A stretch of DNA of 56,327 nucleotides, taken from positions 1-56,327 of IMG/VR virus record IMGVR_UViG_3300030090_002290, one strand, 5' to 3'. Positions within the stretch are counted from its first letter, which is position 1. The number at the start of each line of letters is the position of its first letter. This stretch comes from a virus (taxonomy: Duplodnaviria; Caudoviricetes). Made by a program: the position numbers and the translations under genes. This document shows positions 54,144-56,327 of the stretch, piece by piece. The notes below the pieces were generated by a model. It was not told the DNA's origin and did not search any database. It saw nothing but the letters and a program-made list of their open reading frames with translations.

Positions 54144-56261
54144 ATGAAAAACACCCTACACAAGAAAAGATCGATGTCCCCTGAAGAAGAAGGCCGCATT
54201 GCTTCTAACCAGTGGGATCGGTATGAACGCGCTAGAGATAACGGACATCTTGAGTATATCGAGATGGCTAAAAAATGTGATGCGTACTATCAAGGCGATC
54301 AGTGGGAGATAGAAGACGTTTCTATTCTTGATGCAGAAGGACGACCTGCATTAACGGTTAATACAATACTTCCAACTATTAATACGGTGCTGGGGGAGCA
54401 GTCCACCCGCCGTGCAGATATTCAGTTCAAGCCCAGAAGGGGCGGGAATGAAGAGGTAGCAGATACGTTAAACAAGTTGTACATGCAGCTTGCCGACAAT
54501 AACAAGCTGGATTGGGTTGAGCAACAGGTGTTCAGCGACGGTTTGATTATGGATGGGCGTGGGTATTTCGATGTGCGTATGGATTTTTCAGACCATGTTG
54601 AAGGTGAGATACGGATCACGGCTAAAGATCCTTTGGATATATTGATCGACCCTGATGCAAAAGAGTACGACGTAAAAACGTGGAACGAGATATTTGAAAC
54701 TAAATGGATGACCTTAGACGATATCGAAGAACTATACGGAAAGGACAAGGCTGAAGATCTAAGGTTTATATCCGAGAACGGTAATTCATTTGGGCGGGAT
54801 TCAGTTGAGTATGAAGAAACTCGATACGGTGACACAGAATCTACGGACGATTATCTAGGGGGTGCGTATGACTCTGACGAGTATAAGTCGGTACGCGCTT
54901 TACGAGTTATAGAACGTCAGCATCGTAAGTTGACCAGAGTTCAGTGTTTTGTCGATCCTAATACTGGAGACTCTCGCCCAGTGCCTGAAGCATGGGGTGA
55001 TCGAAAGGTTAAGAAGTTTGCGAAGGACTATGGCTTAGAGCTTATTAGCAAGATGTCCAAGCGAGTCAGGTGGACAGTAACCTGCGATAAAGTGGTACTC
55101 CATGATGATTGGAGTCCCTATGCCAACTTTACCATCGTTCCTTATTTTGCATACTTCCGAAGGGGCAGACCTTTTGGAATGGTTAGGAACTTATTATCTC
55201 CACAAGAGCAGCTCAACAAGATCAGTTCCCAAGAGCTGCATATTGTAAACACTACAGCTAATAGTGGTTGGATGGTTGAAAGCGGATCCTTAGTTGGTAT
55301 GACCACTGACGATCTGGAAGAGCATGGAGCCGAAACAGGTCTGGTCGTTGAGTATGCCCGAGGTACTACTCCACCTATGAAGATCAGCCCTAATACGATA
55401 CCTACTGGTTTGGATCGAATTGCCCAGAAAGCAGCGGCAAACATCCAGTCTATTAGTGGTATCAATGAGTCGATGCTCGGTACAGATAGTGCCGAAGTAT
55501 CTGGTATAGCGATACGGGCTAAACAGAATCGTGGCGCGATAATGATCCAAGTTCCCTTGGACAACTTGCGTAAAACTAGACATTACTTGGCTGAGGCTAT
55601 ATTGAGCCTTATTCAAACTTTTTATACCGAGCAGCGGGTTATTCAGGTTACTAACGAAGCTGATCCAATGAAACCTAGAGAGCCGATGGTTATAAACCAG
55701 ATGACTCCAGAAGGAACAATTGTTAATGACTTAACACTTGGTGAGTACGATGTAGTGGTATCGACTGCACCCGCTCGTGATTCATTTGACGAAGTTCAGT
55801 TTGCTGAAGCCCTTAACCTGCGGCAGGTGGGCGTGGCAGTTCCTGACGATGCGATCATTGAGTACAGCCACCTCGCTAGAAAAGGTGAGTTGGCCAAACG
55901 TATTCGTATGATGACGGGCGTTGAGAAAACACCGCAACAGATGGAGGCTGCAGCAATGGTCCAACAAATGCAGATACAAGAAGCGCAACTTGAGCTTGAA
56001 AAGCTGCAAGCTGAAGTACAAAAGATTAGTTCAGAAGCGGCAGTAAACATGGCTAAGGCGCAGACAACTGCTACTGGCCCTGATATTCAAATTGCTGAGC
56101 TTCAAGGTAAGATCGAAATGAAGATGCAAGAGTTGCAGCTTCGAAGAGAGTTGGCAGATTTGACTAACGAGACTAGGGCAAATCAGCAACAAACCCAGGC
56201 GGCAGCTAAGATTGCTTCTACAGCAATGCAAACAGCTGCTAAAAGTCCCTTATCACAATAG
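54144..56261 (+). CDS. Portal protein (P22-like)
   Basis: YQGDQW...GRP.LT.N, DPDA, G.VRNL..PQ...NK, SG.AI motifs; C-terminal coiled barrel. Confidence 0.9.
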   Translation: MKNTLHKKRSMSPEEEGRIASNQWDRYERARDNGHLEYIEMAKKCDAYYQGDQWEIEDVSILDAEGRPALTVNTILPTINTVLGEQSTRRADIQFKPRRGGNEEVADTLNKLYMQLADNNKLDWVEQQVFSDGLIMDGRGYFDVRMDFSDHVEGEIRITAKDPLDILIDPDAKEYDVKTWNEIFETKWMTLDDIEELYGKDKAEDLRFISENGNSFGRDSVEYEETRYGDTESTDDYLGGAYDSDEYKSVRALRVIERQHRKLTRVQCFVDPNTGDSRPVPEAWGDRKVKKFAKDYGLELISKMSKRVRWTVTCDKVVLHDDWSPYANFTIVPYFAYFRRGRPFGMVRNLLSPQEQLNKISSQELHIVNTTANSGWMVESGSLVGMTTDDLEEHGAETGLVVEYARGTTPPMKISPNTIPTGLDRIAQKAAANIQSISGINESMLGTDSAEVSGIAIRAKQNRGAIMIQVPLDNLRKTRHYLAEAILSLIQTFYTEQRVIQVTNEADPMKPREPMVINQMTPEGTIVNDLTLGEYDVVVSTAPARDSFDEVQFAEALNLRQVGVAVPDDAIIEYSHLARKGELAKRIRMMTGVEKTPQQMEAAAMVQQMQIQEAQLELEKLQAEVQKISSEAAVNMAKAQTTATGPDIQIAELQGKIEMKMQELQLRRELADLTNETRANQQQTQAAAKIASTAMQTAAKSPLSQ

Positions 56262-56327
56262 GAAGTTGAAATATGTCTGAAGCTACTGAAAATACGGAAG
56301 CAACCTTCGAAGCAATGCCCGGTGCAG
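56228..56327. repeat. Terminal overlap of circular assembly (copy of 1-100)
   Basis: Direct sequence identity with window start. Confidence 0.95.

Noticed and set aside
1-56327. Stop-codon reassignment, tRNA genes, integrase, phage RNA polymerase
   Set aside because: Genes are intact and dense under the standard code; no cloverleaf or recombinase/RNAP motifs recognised by eye (tRNAscan and HMM searches not run)

Overview
This is a complete, circularly assembled dsDNA phage genome of about 56.2 kb. Positions 1-100 recur at 56228-56327 with one mismatch. It looks like a podovirus. The + arm (51782 through the origin to 32813) carries terminase, a P22-type portal, scaffold, a DUF4043/N4-gp56-type major capsid, adaptors, three putative ejection proteins, a holin with an M15 endolysin, three tail fibres and tail-tip genes. 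The - arm (51497 down to 32810) carries small early genes, a family A DNA polymerase (Leu762 type), a CsrA homolog, primase-helicase, a PD-(D/E)xK nuclease, an SNF2 helicase, an SSB-like protein, VRR-NUC, HNH and DUF3310. I saw no integrase, RNA polymerase, tRNA or CRISPR array. The standout feature is an apparently complete phage-encoded ubiquitin-like conjugation operon at 43660-46630 (-). It encodes a 71-aa beta-grasp protein ending AKGN, a ThiF/E1 enzyme, a JAB/MPN peptidase and an E2-like protein (HPH-x6-CLG). RNA structure surrounds it: an H-type pseudoknot and a CsrA-type GGA hairpin in the Ubl leader, and two long hairpins between Ubl and E1. Two intergenic hairpins in the genome carry loops antisense to ribosome-binding sites of the phage's own genes. 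All family assignments come from motif recognition by eye; no database searches were run.
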